Assembly: GCA_040954595.2 (NCBI GenBank)
Contig: CM082578.2
Location: 5,190,831-5,254,830 of the forward strand
DNA from: Balanoglossus misakiensis
Lineage: Eukaryota; Animalia; Hemichordata
Direction of reading: 5' to 3'
Length of the DNA: 64,000 nt
Each line of letters begins with the position of its first letter. Within the stretch, counting starts at the first letter, position 1. Positions 1 through 13,600 of the stretch are shown one piece after another. The notes below the pieces were generated by a model that was given only the letters and a program-made list of their open reading frames with translations, was not told the origin of the DNA and did not search any database. The position numbers and the translations under genes are program-made.

Positions 1-3000
1 GAGGCCGTGCGTGCGTGTCTTCAAGTGACACCAACATGTGTCTGATTAAGTGGCTCTAAGCTGTTGCACTGAAAATCATCCACTGGTTTTGATAGCTTCG
101 CGTTTACAATACAGCATATGTCAAGACAGATTTCAACGACGCAACCCTTGAGACGAGAACTAGAATTTAAAGCACATGTTCGTCTCTGCAGTTGTCTATG
201 TTTGAGTTTCTGACATTCTTTGTTTTTTTGGTAGAATCAAACACTGAGCATATTTTTTCTAACAGATTTAGTCTCACTGCCATGAAGTTAGCAAAAAATA
301 GAGGTACCGGTAATTCCAACATAGAATTTTCAACTTCTTTCATGACTTACATAGGTCTTACAAAATCACCATTTCTTTCTTATTAGGCCATCTCATAGGG
401 GATTTGATTGATATACCGGTACATGTAAATGATTGCTACAGAAACTGTTTTGCAGTCTTTAATACGTCAGAAACAATATGCTTTGTCTTCGTGGCATATG
501 TACAAAAATATTGGGTTTCAAACAAAAAATTGTGTTCTTGTGTTAAAAACATGTGTTTAATGAGTCAATGTCCTGGAATACCTGATAGTCCATGTGTATT
601 ATCTTGAGGACATCTCCTTCAAATTAAGAGTTTGTAAAGTGGTCTCAAGGTGGAACCAACTGTTGCTATTTTTATAAAGTTGTTTACCTAATGTCAAATG
701 ATGCCCTGCACAAACGGTTTACACCATGGACGACTGATGAGTGACTTTGCTGATTGGTTTTGAATAGCTAGCATACAAATTGGCTTTAAATTCAAAACAT
801 CTCTGTCAGAAAGTCCCATAGGCAATAAACGTTTATGCATTTGATGATGGACACATTTTTAGACTGGTCTAATAAAGAAATTTATACAAAGAAACTGACC
901 AATCACAGATGACCTTGCAACACCAGCTGAGGGTCAGCCTTGGCAAAACTATACCGGTATATCCAAACAGACAGTAATCTATGCAAATTTAGTCACAATA
1001 CTGTTGAAAGCAGAGATCTAGCCAATCATTTGTTTTCCCTGGGGACAGATTGTACTTTCGACCCCTGACCATGGGAGAGGGGGAGGGGGGGCAAACAAAT
1101 ACACTGGAATGATTATTTGAATAATAAATATTCATATTTTATGCATATTTATGATTACTGATTGGTTCAGAAGAAACCAGACCATTGAATTAACGGTTTA
1201 TTTACATTTCTAAATATGTGAATAGTCCTATAGATTACTGCCTCGTGTGCTTGAAGTTTATTAAATGATAGTATAACAGTAACACATGCTTTTTAATTAA
1301 CTTAATTAAATGAGTGAAAATAAGTGATAAGGGCATTCAAAAATTAAGTAAAACTGAATCTGTTTAGACTTGAATGTTAGCATTTAAAACCATGAAAACA
1401 AAGTCATTTCTGTTTTTTTTTTCCAGTCAGCACACTTGTGTGGTAACGACACAAGTGAAAGCAAAACTGCAGAATATACCCCCACACAGCTCACACATTG
1501 GCCATCACACATTGTACGCCGGAACTCAACTATTTCAAAAAAACAATGCTTAAGTAGCTAAACAAAGTCAAAGTAGATTCTGGGAATTCAAATGCGTACT
1601 GGTGCAGGATGTTACTAGCTCAGTAGGAGGTGTAACTATCAAGCCCAACAGATTACACTTTTCATCCAAAAATGTTTACACACCCAGGGAGCTGATAGCA
1701 AATTATGAACACCCCGATGGTCAATTTATCATACGTGCAGTGACGTCACGCAGGACTGTTGACGTCCTGAGGAAACTGTTGCCATACCCAAGCGATGAAT
1801 TCAAATTGGTCAATCGAGTTATCAGAGTCATTTCACTCTGCGACAATCTTAATGAAGTGGCAGTGACGCAGTTACTGTGTTGCAGTCCTCCGAGATGTCA
1901 CATGACCTTCCAGCAGACTAATCTGTGCATGTGTTTCTTCTGCATGGATGAAATCTTTTAATCGTGGTGGACATGTATCGGTTCGAACGGACAGACATGC
2001 TGAAGGGCCCCTTTCTTGGGCAAGTTGAAGTGTCTCACTTGCATAGAAATATCAGAAGACCCAGCTAGCCTAGTATCCTGTATTTTTATTGGCCTTGCAA
2101 AAAAAGAAAAGAAAAAAGCCCACTGTGACTCTTTGAACTTGAAAGTTGGTCTGACACCTCTGATGAGAAAGGTGATGTCAGCAGCATCCCATTGGAGTCG
2201 TGCAATCACAATTTTTCCCCATTGATTGGACATAAGAGGAATCATTGTTAACATGATAAACCAGGTATCTCGACAATCTGATCTTACAATCAACTGTGAT
2301 TGACTTTCAAGGGAATACCAATTAATTGAATGCGGGTCCCCATTTCTCAGACGGCGACGCAGAAATGTGGGTGTGACGCAGAAGAAGAAAAAAACAATAC
2401 TGCCTGCAGCGAGAATATTAACGGGAAGTCGCTCACATTCAGGAAACGCAATTTGCAACTTCAAGGGGTGGTTTATATTCTGAAATCCTGGTAATTATCT
2501 GGTTGCAAATTCGACCAACTTTTGCTGTGAATCTACTGGTTAGTGTTGGCGAAGTCACAATTGCACAGAAGAACAGCATATTTGAGCAATACATGTATTA
2601 CTTTGGGATTGGAACCAGCAAACTGTTGACACTTACAACTCATATCCTGAAAAACTGCTACAGTTACTGTCATTTTTTAAAGCCCAGGTAACTCTACCCT
2701 TGGGCTATCTTCCCACTAGTTTCTGTTTTGGGTATGAACTGTGGACTTTCTTGTTCTACTCTGTAAAACATTAAGAATTGTTCAGTATTTGGTTCTTCAA
2801 CACAGCCCTTTTGTAGTAATCTGCATTGTTATTGTCGAAAAATGAAGTCTGGACTTGAAATTAATTTATCAAGAATAACTTTGGTCTTTAAGCCATGCAT
2901 TAATGTCTACATATATTAAGATTTGGCTGTGTACTGACTCAGTGGACCAAGAGGGATAAATAATTATATTGAACTAATCTTATTGAACTTCTTCAACAAG

Positions 3001-3822
3001 AAAAGAAAAGAATTGTAGAAGTGAAACCGAAATAAAAAGCAAAACTGATGATTTCACCGAGGAAGTTTCCTCTTCACTTTCTGAGAAATTATCAATCCAG
3101 GGATATGAAACCAAAGGAGTCTGTTGAACGAAACCAAACTGTAATCAGAACTGGCATTTCTCAGAAAAAGCAACAGTTTGGCCACAGAAACTACAAGCCA
3201 ATAAAGTTGAATTACAGACTTGGTTTAGGGGTCACTTCACTCAAGCTGAAATGCAGATTGCATTTAGACTTGCCTTGACATTATTGCCAGGACATTTTGA
3301 TGTGCACGACTAGCCAAAGTTTTGTTTCAGCGCAAATATACACAACTATCACGATTTCATGGGCTGTGTGATGCAACTAGCATCAGTTAGTCACAACCGG
3401 ACAATATGCAGTTGACTTGGAAACCATAATCAAAGATTACTGAGTGTACGAGTGACATATTGGCAAAATAAACCTGGCCTCACTATATTGTGTTTGTGTC
3501 AATTGCAGGGTTGGAAAAGTGAACACCTTAATACACCATACGTGATCAAGAAGTTTCACTTTCAATTTAAAGAAAATAGTGCCTCTGAAATTGTTCAATT
3601 ATATTGTACTCAAAATCAAATGGAGACATGACTGATCAGAAAATTCAACTGATTGGCATATGGTAATTAGCTATCTTTACAAAGTCTCCAAAAGGCTTAA
3701 ACTGCTGTCTTCGTGCAAAATTGGCTCTCACCTTTGGTAACTTTTAACCTTTACCTGCATAGCAAAATGAAATAAAATACTAACTGATTAATCATAATCT
3801 CTGAAGAAAATTTGAATGTGAC

Positions 3823-3911
3823 TTTTTATTTTCGCTTTTTTTTTTTTGGCTCTTGCAAATTATTAAGTTCGCAAAAAATTATCATTTGCAAAAAATTCAT
3901 GTTTTACAGTA
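3823..3911. mobile_element. Degenerate fragment related to family C MITE
   Basis: TTTTATTTTCGC...GGCTCTTGC...GTTTTACAGTA resembles the family C end in reverse orientation. Confidence 0.4.
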
Positions 3912-6556
3912 TTCTGCCATGCGATATCAGACAGCTAAAACAAAAGCGAGAGACAGATTTGGGTGTCACTACAGAACATTTACATTAAAGTGAACTCTTG
4001 TCACAGCTGCATCTAGAAATAGCACAAATACAATGCATCCTTTCTATGTTATTATCATCATATTGAAAGCTGTCAAAATCTCACTACCAGTAACTAGAAA
4101 AAAGTCTTTTCTAGAAACCATGTCCAATTCGCAGCATCTCTGAGCAAAAAACATCATTGGAATAAAAAAAAAATATTTCAACAGAACCTATTCGGTAATT
4201 TGGGACTGATATAGAGGTAATAATTCAAAACATGGTCAACACAGGACATGCATGAGCGTTCCAACCAGCACAGGCAAGTCTAGCTACACCAGATCAATCA
4301 TGTGATACATCACATGACTATATATACATCACATGACAAACATGTGGTCTTCTGATTTATAGTCACAGGACCCTTGCTATTCCTGTCCACTTCATTTGCA
4401 TGACAATATTTTCAATTACTATGCAAATGAGTTTTAGTGGGTGGATGTTTACATATGTGTTCACTGCTGCCCTGTCAATGACCTAGGTTCACACAGCTTG
4501 TCTCTGCATTTACGGACTAGTCAGGCTCTTGTTGATAATGATACATGTAAACATGAACTTGATTCAACTGGCTGAGTCATACGAACTTGACATTCATCTT
4601 TTAAGGAATCAAAAGTGATCCTTTCCACTGATTTTGAAAAAAAATATATGCACATGCTACTCATTTCATTATCCCCTAGCTACTGTAAATGAATACGAAG
4701 ACACAAGAGAAAAGCATCATAGCATTAAAAAAATGATTGGTTATTTTTCACACAAATAAATTTTACTAAAAAAAGTAGTGAATTACTACATGTACAAAAA
4801 AAGGAATTATTTGTAGAATTCAACCAACAAATATTACACTTTACAGGTTGAAGTTTACTGTCTGTGTATGGAGTGGTAATGATAATTTGACAAATATTAG
4901 ATACAAGAATTCTGTTAAAAGAAAGAAATTCAAGGGATATACCAATAACTTTTTAGTTGAAGATATTTTTCTCTCGCAAAACGACTACTGTCTGTCTCTA
5001 AGTTTTAAGTTGTAAATGAAATTCACACTGACTTTTACAACCAGCCATCTGTTGGTCAGTAATGTAATTATAGACAGAACAGAGGTAATTTTAGCATCAT
5101 CAGAATTAAATGGGTGGGTTCATATCTCGTGGGAAAACAGTTAAAAGTATGGGCTGACTGCACACAATCAGGTGACCTATCACATGACCATACCATCACT
5201 TTTTACACAATGTGTTGTTTGCATATAGTCGGGATTATAAGTCTGTGTGAAAGTTGAAAATGATCAGATAATTGTGATACCCCCCCCCCCCCCCCCCCCA
5301 GGCTACTACATGTACCGGGTATGTCAATATTTTTCAGTGCATGTAGTTGAATGGTTTGATGAACTAGTTTTCAATGAAGTTTCAAAGGATACGATTATTT
5401 ACTTTTGGCCCAAGTTACCCTTAAATATGCCCCCCCCCCCCAAAAAAAAGCGATTCCTAGCTGTAATTTCAACATTCCTAACCTCTCACTGAAAACCAGC
5501 GTTTCCAAATTGATCCTTAAAAGCATTGGTCTCCCCCCAAAATATTAACCTTATTACAGCCCTATAGCACCATAGTTCAAAATGACCAACCAATCATCTC
5601 ACCACACACCCCCTGCCCTCCTACCCTTCCTCTCTGATATTTTTCTGGTGTAACAACCATATTTTCTGTTCAGTCTGTGTGACTCAAGTATATTCTAGCA
5701 CTAGCATTACGGCAATACCTACTGAGCAGAATTGATAGCTGAATCCAACCTTTAAAAAAATGAATCAATTCTCAAACAACATTCACGTCCTTGAAATAAA
5801 TTTCACATGTACGAAAAACTCCCTAAAATCAACACTACTCTGATGAAAATGTCAGATTATCCTTGTTGCGCTTGAAAACAAAGTTGTTGAATCAAATTAA
5901 AGTGAACTTTTAAGAGCCCAGGCTGTATTTCACAAGACTGCGTTTAGGCCAGCAAGAAAAAAAATAGTGTTCCCTGATATATTGATGCTTCTGCGTTTTT
6001 GAAAATTTATTTTTTTAGATTTTATTTTCTAAGTTCTGCCATTGTTGGTACTCTTCTATCACCCATCAAATTAAAATCTCAATTGGTGATTTTTTTTCTT
6101 TATGACAAAGTGAAGTAAATTGCAGAAAACTATAATGCTTCCATCCTAGCTACGAATAGTTCAAAGTGACGCATAAAAAATAATGTGTATAATTACTACA
6201 TCAGATATCACTGGTCAGTAATTTTTGTTAAAAATTGCATAGCAGCCGTTTCTTTGCCAGAAAATCCAGACGTCAAAATTGTTTTCTCTCTGGCCACACA
6301 GTTTAAACTCCAGAGTCCTGTGTCGTTTATTCTTCCCTGCTGGCACAAAAACGGTGAATGCATTGGCTCTATGCCAAAGAAACTCCTGCCAACAAATCAT
6401 ATCAGTATTTTTATCATTCGCCGTTATATCCCTCAGGAAGTTGAAGAAGGAAAAACAAACTGCACATTGTTTGAAAGTGCCGAGCTAAGTTCACAAGAAT
6501 TTCTGCCAAAAAACGTCCTGTTCCAACCATGACTAGCCAGCCATCATCTATAACAC

Positions 6557-6721
6557 TGCTCTCCCCCTCTCTCTCTCCCTCCCTCCCTCCCCCCCCTGAG
6601 GGTCCCTCTCCTCTCTCTCTCTCTCAATCTCTCTCTCTCCCCCCTCTCTCTCCCTCCGTGAGGGTCCATCTCCTCTCTTTCTCTCTCTCTCTGTCTCACT
6701 CTCTTCTTTCTCTCTCTCTCT
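6557..6721. repeat. CT-rich low-complexity microsatellite
   Basis: (CT)n and C runs with two TGAGGGTCC interruptions. Confidence 0.9.
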
Positions 6722-7799
6722 GCACAAGAGATATTTGATAACCTCAACTGTCCCGTGAAATCAATCAAACAATTCATGAACCCGTCAAAAATGATGTACA
6801 AACAGATTTCCTTGAGATATCCTATTCTCCTCGACAATAACAACCTTGTTTATTTGATGTCTTCTGGAGAATTCCTGTTGCCATGGGAACATGCCCTTTA
6901 GGCATAATCCAGTAACCCCTCAGTTTACATGTCATACAAGGTACATTTGAATTTTGAATCCAGAAACAATAATAATATACTAGTGTAATCAAGAAATTCT
7001 ATCAATTTCTCAGATAACATAGTTCTTCAATTATACTTTTTCTGCTGACTGTTCAGTGTTGTCTTATTCTTGATTTTGTATGTTTTGATTTCTCTGAGTC
7101 CTTCGAAAGAGTGACAAAGGCCAGCATAAGCCTTCTGGGACACAAAAGTGGATGCAAAATTGAATTCACTTTCTCTTCAACCTTCTGGGTATTTTGGAGC
7201 ATCTCTATTACATTGTCTCTTCATCCCCAGCCTCATTAAAATCCTTCATATTCGTATTCCTTTCAAATATTGTAAGGTTTTGCATGCAGTTGATAGATAA
7301 CTCCCAACTTGAACCAAATGTCACCCATTACAGAAAGAGAGATTATGTGTCTACTATATGCATCCCGAAAATTGGCAAAGGTTATTTCGTCCCTGCCACA
7401 GATCAATTTCTATGAAATACAGTACACCTCAATTAATAACGAATCAAAACAAAGAGGATTGCTTCTGCATTATACTGAGATCATTTTACTAATGATGGGC
7501 AGAACGCACCGTCAGCTAAATTGTTTTTCCTCAAAAGTTTGCATAAATTCTTATAAAATCTTCAGGCTTACATGTCATTAGTTTGATAGACCAGGAAGAC
7601 AGACTAGATAGGAATGATTTTTTCTTTTTTTGTAAGAAATTGAGGTTTCTACAGTATGAGTGCAAATGTGTTTCTCTATTCCACTGCAAAGAACACAACT
7701 GTTTCCTCTGAGAGCAACTCAGAGATAGGTTGGTAGTTAGAGATAACTGAACTACTTTTCTGGGGTCACATAACCTTTTTCTGTTTATCTAATATTTTT

Positions 7800-8280
7800 A
7801 AGGACACTGACGTGGCCCCCTGTCCTGGAATAGGCGTAGCTTGTACACACTGACACGACTATTAGATGACACGTGTGCATAACATGAGCCAAGTGAGCCT
7901 ATTACGCACATATTGTGAAGGAAGCCTTCTCACGCTTGTCACGTGACTTTAATGTTTACATCGTTCATATTTCCGCGAGTGATTGGTAACAAGGCCAGCA
8001 ACTTAGAAATTAATAGACTGTTTTCCTTCATTCTTACGGTACCAGCGCCATACAAGAAAACAGGCTGCGTATAATGTTGATACCCCCTTCGAGTTGCATG
8101 ATTGCTCACGACCGCTTTTCATCTGAACTTCCCGCAGTCACGACTCGACTACTGGGTTCTTGTTTACGTCTTCCGCTGTGTCGCAGTCCTAGGATTGCTG
8201 AAATCAACAAGATGACATAGAAACCCCTCTTTCTCCAAAACTAAATTGATAGGTTTCTCCGTGGGTACAAAAATGACCAG
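7800..8280 (+). promoter_or_regulatory. CpG-rich promoter-like region with no annotated gene, ending in a 5' splice-site-like CAG|gtaatt
   Basis: TGACGTGG 7808-7815, CACGTG 7870-7875, GTCACGTGAC 7938-7947, TGTTTAC at about 7953 and 8161, inverted CCAAT 7981, donor-like site at 8280/8281. Confidence 0.45.
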
Positions 8281-10507
8281 GTAATTGGCAATTATAGCCT
8301 GACAAGTTAGAGCAGTACATGTTTTTATGGTGTTTACAAAATAGCGTTTTTTTAACTGTCAACGGCACTTTGCTCTCTGATTGTATGTAAATTAAATTAA
8401 TGTTGGCATGGTTTGTTTCCATTGTCTTGTTGTTTTGTAACTTCCATGAAGTAGGTCGAGAGTCAACATGTTTGTGTGCATTCCGTCACATTATATATTA
8501 GCATACAATACGAAAACCGGACATAACGATGTGTCCGTATCTCCACCAACACAATCAATTTGACGGTAAACATCCCCCATCAAATAAATATTGTTGCACT
8601 GGAAAACGCTGCAAAATCACACAATAATCATGTTTTCATCTTTAGTGAGAGCCATGAAGTTGTTTTTGAGGTTTGAATGATCTTGTGCAGAGGTCGACTT
8701 GAGACAAAGCAGAGAAGTCAGCAGGACAAAGTCCACAGTAGTTGAGAGGAGGTTTGTTTGTTTAGTGGATGTTGTTTTGTTTTGTCTTGAAAACGTCTTG
8801 AGGTGCATCTGACTTCCAACATTTTCGCAATCTGGAAATTTGCTAAGAACTTTATAATGCATAATAACACAGCTACAAAATTATCTTTAATATTTTTTGC
8901 GAAATTGATATTTACAATCAGTTTTGTTTTTTTTTGTCAAAATAAGAGACTTTTTAACAAATTTTCATGGTCGCAGGGGGAAACAGCTTTCCAGGATGAT
9001 GTCATTAATCGAGAAAAAAAAGAAATTTGGTCAAAATTGTCAATGTTGCTGTCTGTGCACCCTCAAGGTTGAAAAAACAACTACCAAGGTGAAACAGAGT
9101 GCCTAGATTTTCCTATGCCAACGTTAATTATCACCAGGTTTTCGAGGTTTTCTGAGACCTGTGTATGTTTATCCTGTGTTTGGTTTCTCTCATTTTGTTT
9201 TGGCAATTTACCTCCTCATGTTACTGCGTCTTTGAGTCTGATAGTTGATAAACAAGGTGTTTTGTCATCCAGACTCATGAATAATTGACAAGCGATTGTC
9301 AAGGATTGTTTTGTACATATCTTGTCTAAAGGTTTCAGAACACCTGAGGGCAGCCTCATCCAAGTCACTTGTCTTCATTTAAAGTGACCTTTAGACCCAC
9401 CCAAGATGATGAATCCCTATTTGAACAGTTATTTAATAAATTACTTTGCGATATTTTGATATATTTATGATATTTTGGCCATTTTGTCACTGTTTCAGAC
9501 ATACCTGAGGTAATAGTACATGTATTATTATATATTTTAAAATGGTGGAAAAATTGCAAATAGCATGCTTGAGGTGATATTTCTAACAATAGCAGCAAAA
9601 AATCAGCAAACATGGAAATGGAGGTTGCTATATTGGTTGACCTTTGACCTAACAGGTTTTTGTTTTAAAACCTGACGTTGATAAAATAAAAAATCATATG
9701 CACAAAGAAGGCGATATTTTAAAAAGTGTTTAAAAAAAATCTTAACTTGCAACACAAGCTGATCTTTGACCATGCACGCCCCTTGTGGTAAGCACAAATG
9801 GTATGTCAGAAAGAATAGCGCCAATGAACAACAAGTGTTACATAAAATCTGAAATCTGTTTTGAAAGATTGCAAGCACACAGTTATGCAGTCTTGCTTTA
9901 ATATAAAGTGCGTCATGAGATCCAACAATACTTCAGAGTAACCAACAAGAAGTATTTGAGATAGTGTATGAATGTGATAAGCAAAACCGAAAGAAAAAAC
10001 GGTGAAGAAATCACAATACAGATTAAATCATTCTTACTGTTGCGGTAACTGGTCTTATACTTATTCAAGTTCTTTGGTTTGACAAAGCATAAATTTGGCA
10101 TCTGGTGGTGTGATGTACCGCAATAATATGCAACAATTCAAATAATTGCGCTCCATGATAGCTGACAATAGACAATGCGGAGAATTAGCATTTAGTTTTA
10201 TTTCACAAGTGTTTATCATAAAATAATACTGCAAGGTTAATTACAAAAACATTGGAAGTAACAGAACTCAGCCCTGTTTGAAATTCTATTACCTGTAAAA
10301 CTATTTCATTAATTATGGATGGACTTTTGTGTTCTCTTTCTAGTTCTCAAGGGAGTTGGTATGCTGGCAAGTTGGTCAAGCTGCAGAAGTCACACTGTCC
10401 TTATTCTGTGAGTCATAAATAAAACACAAGCAGTGACTAAAACACAGCCCTTACCATGACCCCATTTCTTGGAATGTACACGCATGCATCTAAAAAGTTT
10501 GTTTAGG

Positions 10508-10600
10508 ATGTACATCAACAATCGGGGTGGCACCGACTTGGTCGAAACCCTGCACACTACTTCATACGTGGACAGCTCGCCAGGCCACGTCGACGTCTGA
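10508..10600 (+). CDS. Candidate small ORF or terminal coding exon, MYINNRGGTDLVETLHTTSYVDSSPGHVDV* (unknown product)
   Basis: Starts 1 nt after an acceptor-like tttgtttag (AG ends at 10506). 22 of 29 non-Met codons end in G/C in an AT-rich background. Tandem AATAAA at 10918 and 10927. No homologue recognised. Confidence 0.45.
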   Translation: MYINNRGGTDLVETLHTTSYVDSSPGHVDV

Positions 10601-13600
10601 CCTACTAAATGATGCCACAAACACAGGAGACCTTGTACATCCTGTGGTACCAGGATGTACCAGTACAGTCACTCAGACCCAGAAAACACAGCATGCCCTT
10701 GAAGCACCAGAAATAGCCAACCAGAGTTCCCACGTGTATAATTTGATGATATTGCGGACAATTTGAAATATTTCCCAACACTAATTTCACGGCCCATTTC
10801 AGTTTCAGCTCCGTAAAACTTTAAAACATCCTCACTTTGCAAAACCTGGGAAAGAACTTTGCCTTTTGTGGGAGTAAAAGTCGCTTTGGCACAAATTCGA
10901 GAAGGCATAATACTAAAAATAAAGGTAATAAAAAGTACGAATTTTACAGTTTTGACTGTTTTTTGACAGAATCTATCTAGGTAGTGACATACATACATGT
11001 ACATGTAGTAGCTGTTATCCAAGACAAACAGTTTGCAACACTGATCATCCACATGTTTAGGTACCTATGGCAGGTATTCAGCCACACGAATTATGCATGC
11101 GTTGAGTGAAATTAAGATGAATCTGATGTCGTTTTCAGAGAACTTAGAATTATGGTGATCGATCCACCGACCGGTTTATAACACGTTCCAAAGACCGATC
11201 ATTTGGTATTGATACTGTTATCAGCTGAGCTAGGATGCATGGAGATGGTCGAATGTTTTTGCACACAACCATAGAAAACCATGTCAAAAGATGGGCACCT
11301 AGAATGTGGCACTTGTCAGACCACATGAGTGAAATATACTACAGGTTCTTCAGATACTGTTTCTTAGCAAAATAGAATGGCTGATCAAACGCTGAATGTG
11401 CACATTGGGCGACTTCGGGTGGAGATTATTTACCTGATTAATGCAATTTTTTGTCAATTTTACACAGTTTGCGCAAAAAGCCTAGCACCTTGCTAGGTGG
11501 TTTTAGAGCAAATGCGCTCAAAACCTACAGGTAGGCCACTAGACTGTGAGTTTAACAGAAATGGAAGTACCACTTGAAATTGCTAAGAATGTTGAGGAAC
11601 ACACAGGTAAAGCCATATTACATCACCACTGCAGATACCACCCTGACACAACACATCCAACACAAACCCCTGGGGCTGGGATTTCTCCACAATGTAAACT
11701 AGTCACCTGAAAACTCGGATTCTATAAATAGAATTACACAAGAGACACCTGATTGGTTTCTTACAACTGAGTTATTGTTGTATTTATCTCCAAGAATAGT
11801 TAAAATTGCAGGCAGGCGAAACCAAAAGCAGATTTAATTAGTCCAGATTAGAACAGTTGTTGATTTTGGGCGAACAATATCAATTGGTCAGGCCCTCTGT
11901 GTGTGGTATTTATTACAAGTATAACACAAAGAATACATCTTTGTCAGTTTCTGAGCCAAAAATAAAACTGCTGGTAAGCTCTGCTTTAGGCATGTTGACA
12001 TGGAGTGTTATATGGAGTAGAAGAAGAAACAATAGTGGAGAAATAAAAAGCCGAAATATATTATCAAAAGTTACAGCTACTTCAATTCCAGTACAATTTT
12101 TAAAGCAATTATTATCATTTAAACTTTATTTCAGACTGTTTAAAATATCGTCCATAGACAAATACAGTAAAAAGTGGCAAGCCAATAAAATCACAGGTAA
12201 AGAGTTCAGAGCCCCTTTACGAATCAAATCATTTAATGACAGGGATATATAATACGGTCAGCGTGACATAAAGTGAAAGCCAACTATTGTTAAACTCTTT
12301 TGTTTTAAAGGTTCAATGAACGGAATGTGGCGAAAGTGGCCTGATGTCTGAAGCTAACAATAGACGCGGTCGGCACAGATGACGTACATTTTAATTATGG
12401 CTAGGTCACCTCTGCTTGTCACTGCCTGCCTGTGTCCATGCATGGTGGTCATCGCACAGGTCAATAACCGGTTGGTCACTTGCCAGCTAGCGAGCGGACA
12501 GTCATAGCTTTTTGCCCTATGGTCATTCCAGTAATTAGCATGCAAAACTAATTAAGCACTGCTTGATATACAACATCTTGTAGTGTATGACTAATGAATG
12601 AGACATCCATCCTGACCACTACTTTTTGTGCTATTACTGTAAGATAAGGCACTGAATCATCGTACAGTAATTCAAAATCAGCAAAAGACATTCACTTATG
12701 GTATTCCGCCGACAGCGATGTCTCAACTTCATTTAATCATGGAAAAGAAAAACACGGCAAAATTCCATACCAATCTTTATTTTATCCAGTCAATGACCTA
12801 TTAGTCCACCCATCGGATGTTGAGAGTTCTAATTTACATGATCACCATCAGTTTGAGAATTAACATAAAATGGGGCACATGAATACAAAGCTAATTGGCT
12901 TTTGAAAGAGTCTGGCGACTGAAATCCATGAGGTGATATGCCCAGTGTGCATAGAATTAGCCAATTATTCAATGCAGAATATGAATATGCAAAAACTCTG
13001 GCCACTCACCCCACTTGTCATATGTCGATGACATAAAATTATTATGAAATCAGACAATAATGGTACAAGTGGAATCCTGCCATATTGTAACAAGCTCGGC
13101 ATAGCATTTTGGAATGTAAAACTTGAAAGCCGTATTTTAAAAAAAATCAGAAACAACACGTTAGTACAGTCTGACACAAATCATGATGGATATGAATGAA
13201 CTGTCCCGCCAATATTTACATCTCTCAAATTGCTGTTACAGTAACTTATGGCTATCTCTTTCAGTCATTTTGTTGTATATTATCAACAACGATCACTTTG
13301 TTCTACTCCCTGTTTGTCAATATATGTATGTGTAAACTACTTTGTTATTGTTGTTGTTATTTTTGTTGACAATTTTCCTATAGTGTAACAGTGCTGATTG
13401 CACATTATACAGTGGGGCAAATAAAAACCATCAGTTGACAAAATCAACTGGCTATATAGCCTTTTCTGACTGGCTAACATCCCCTGCTAAAAAAGAACAC
13501 CGTTTATCTCTCTGCCCCCTCGTCAAATCAACCACTTTGCCCCCACCCACCCCCACCCCCACCCCACCCCCTGCTTCTCACATATCCTTTCAATCATTAC

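Noticed and set aside
2995-3210. Possible + strand terminal exon (..RSETEIKSKTDDFTEEVSSSLSEKLSIQGYETKGVC*) with AATAAA near 3200
   Set aside because: No convincing acceptor, no codon bias, and no linked exons or homology I can recognise.
5945-6530. Repeat-like segment starting TAGGCCAGCAAGAAAAAAAATAGTGTT
   Set aside because: Looks like a DNA-transposon end, but I found no matching second terminus or TSD.
6529-6843. SL-rich and RE-rich ORFs
   Set aside because: Translations of the CT microsatellite.
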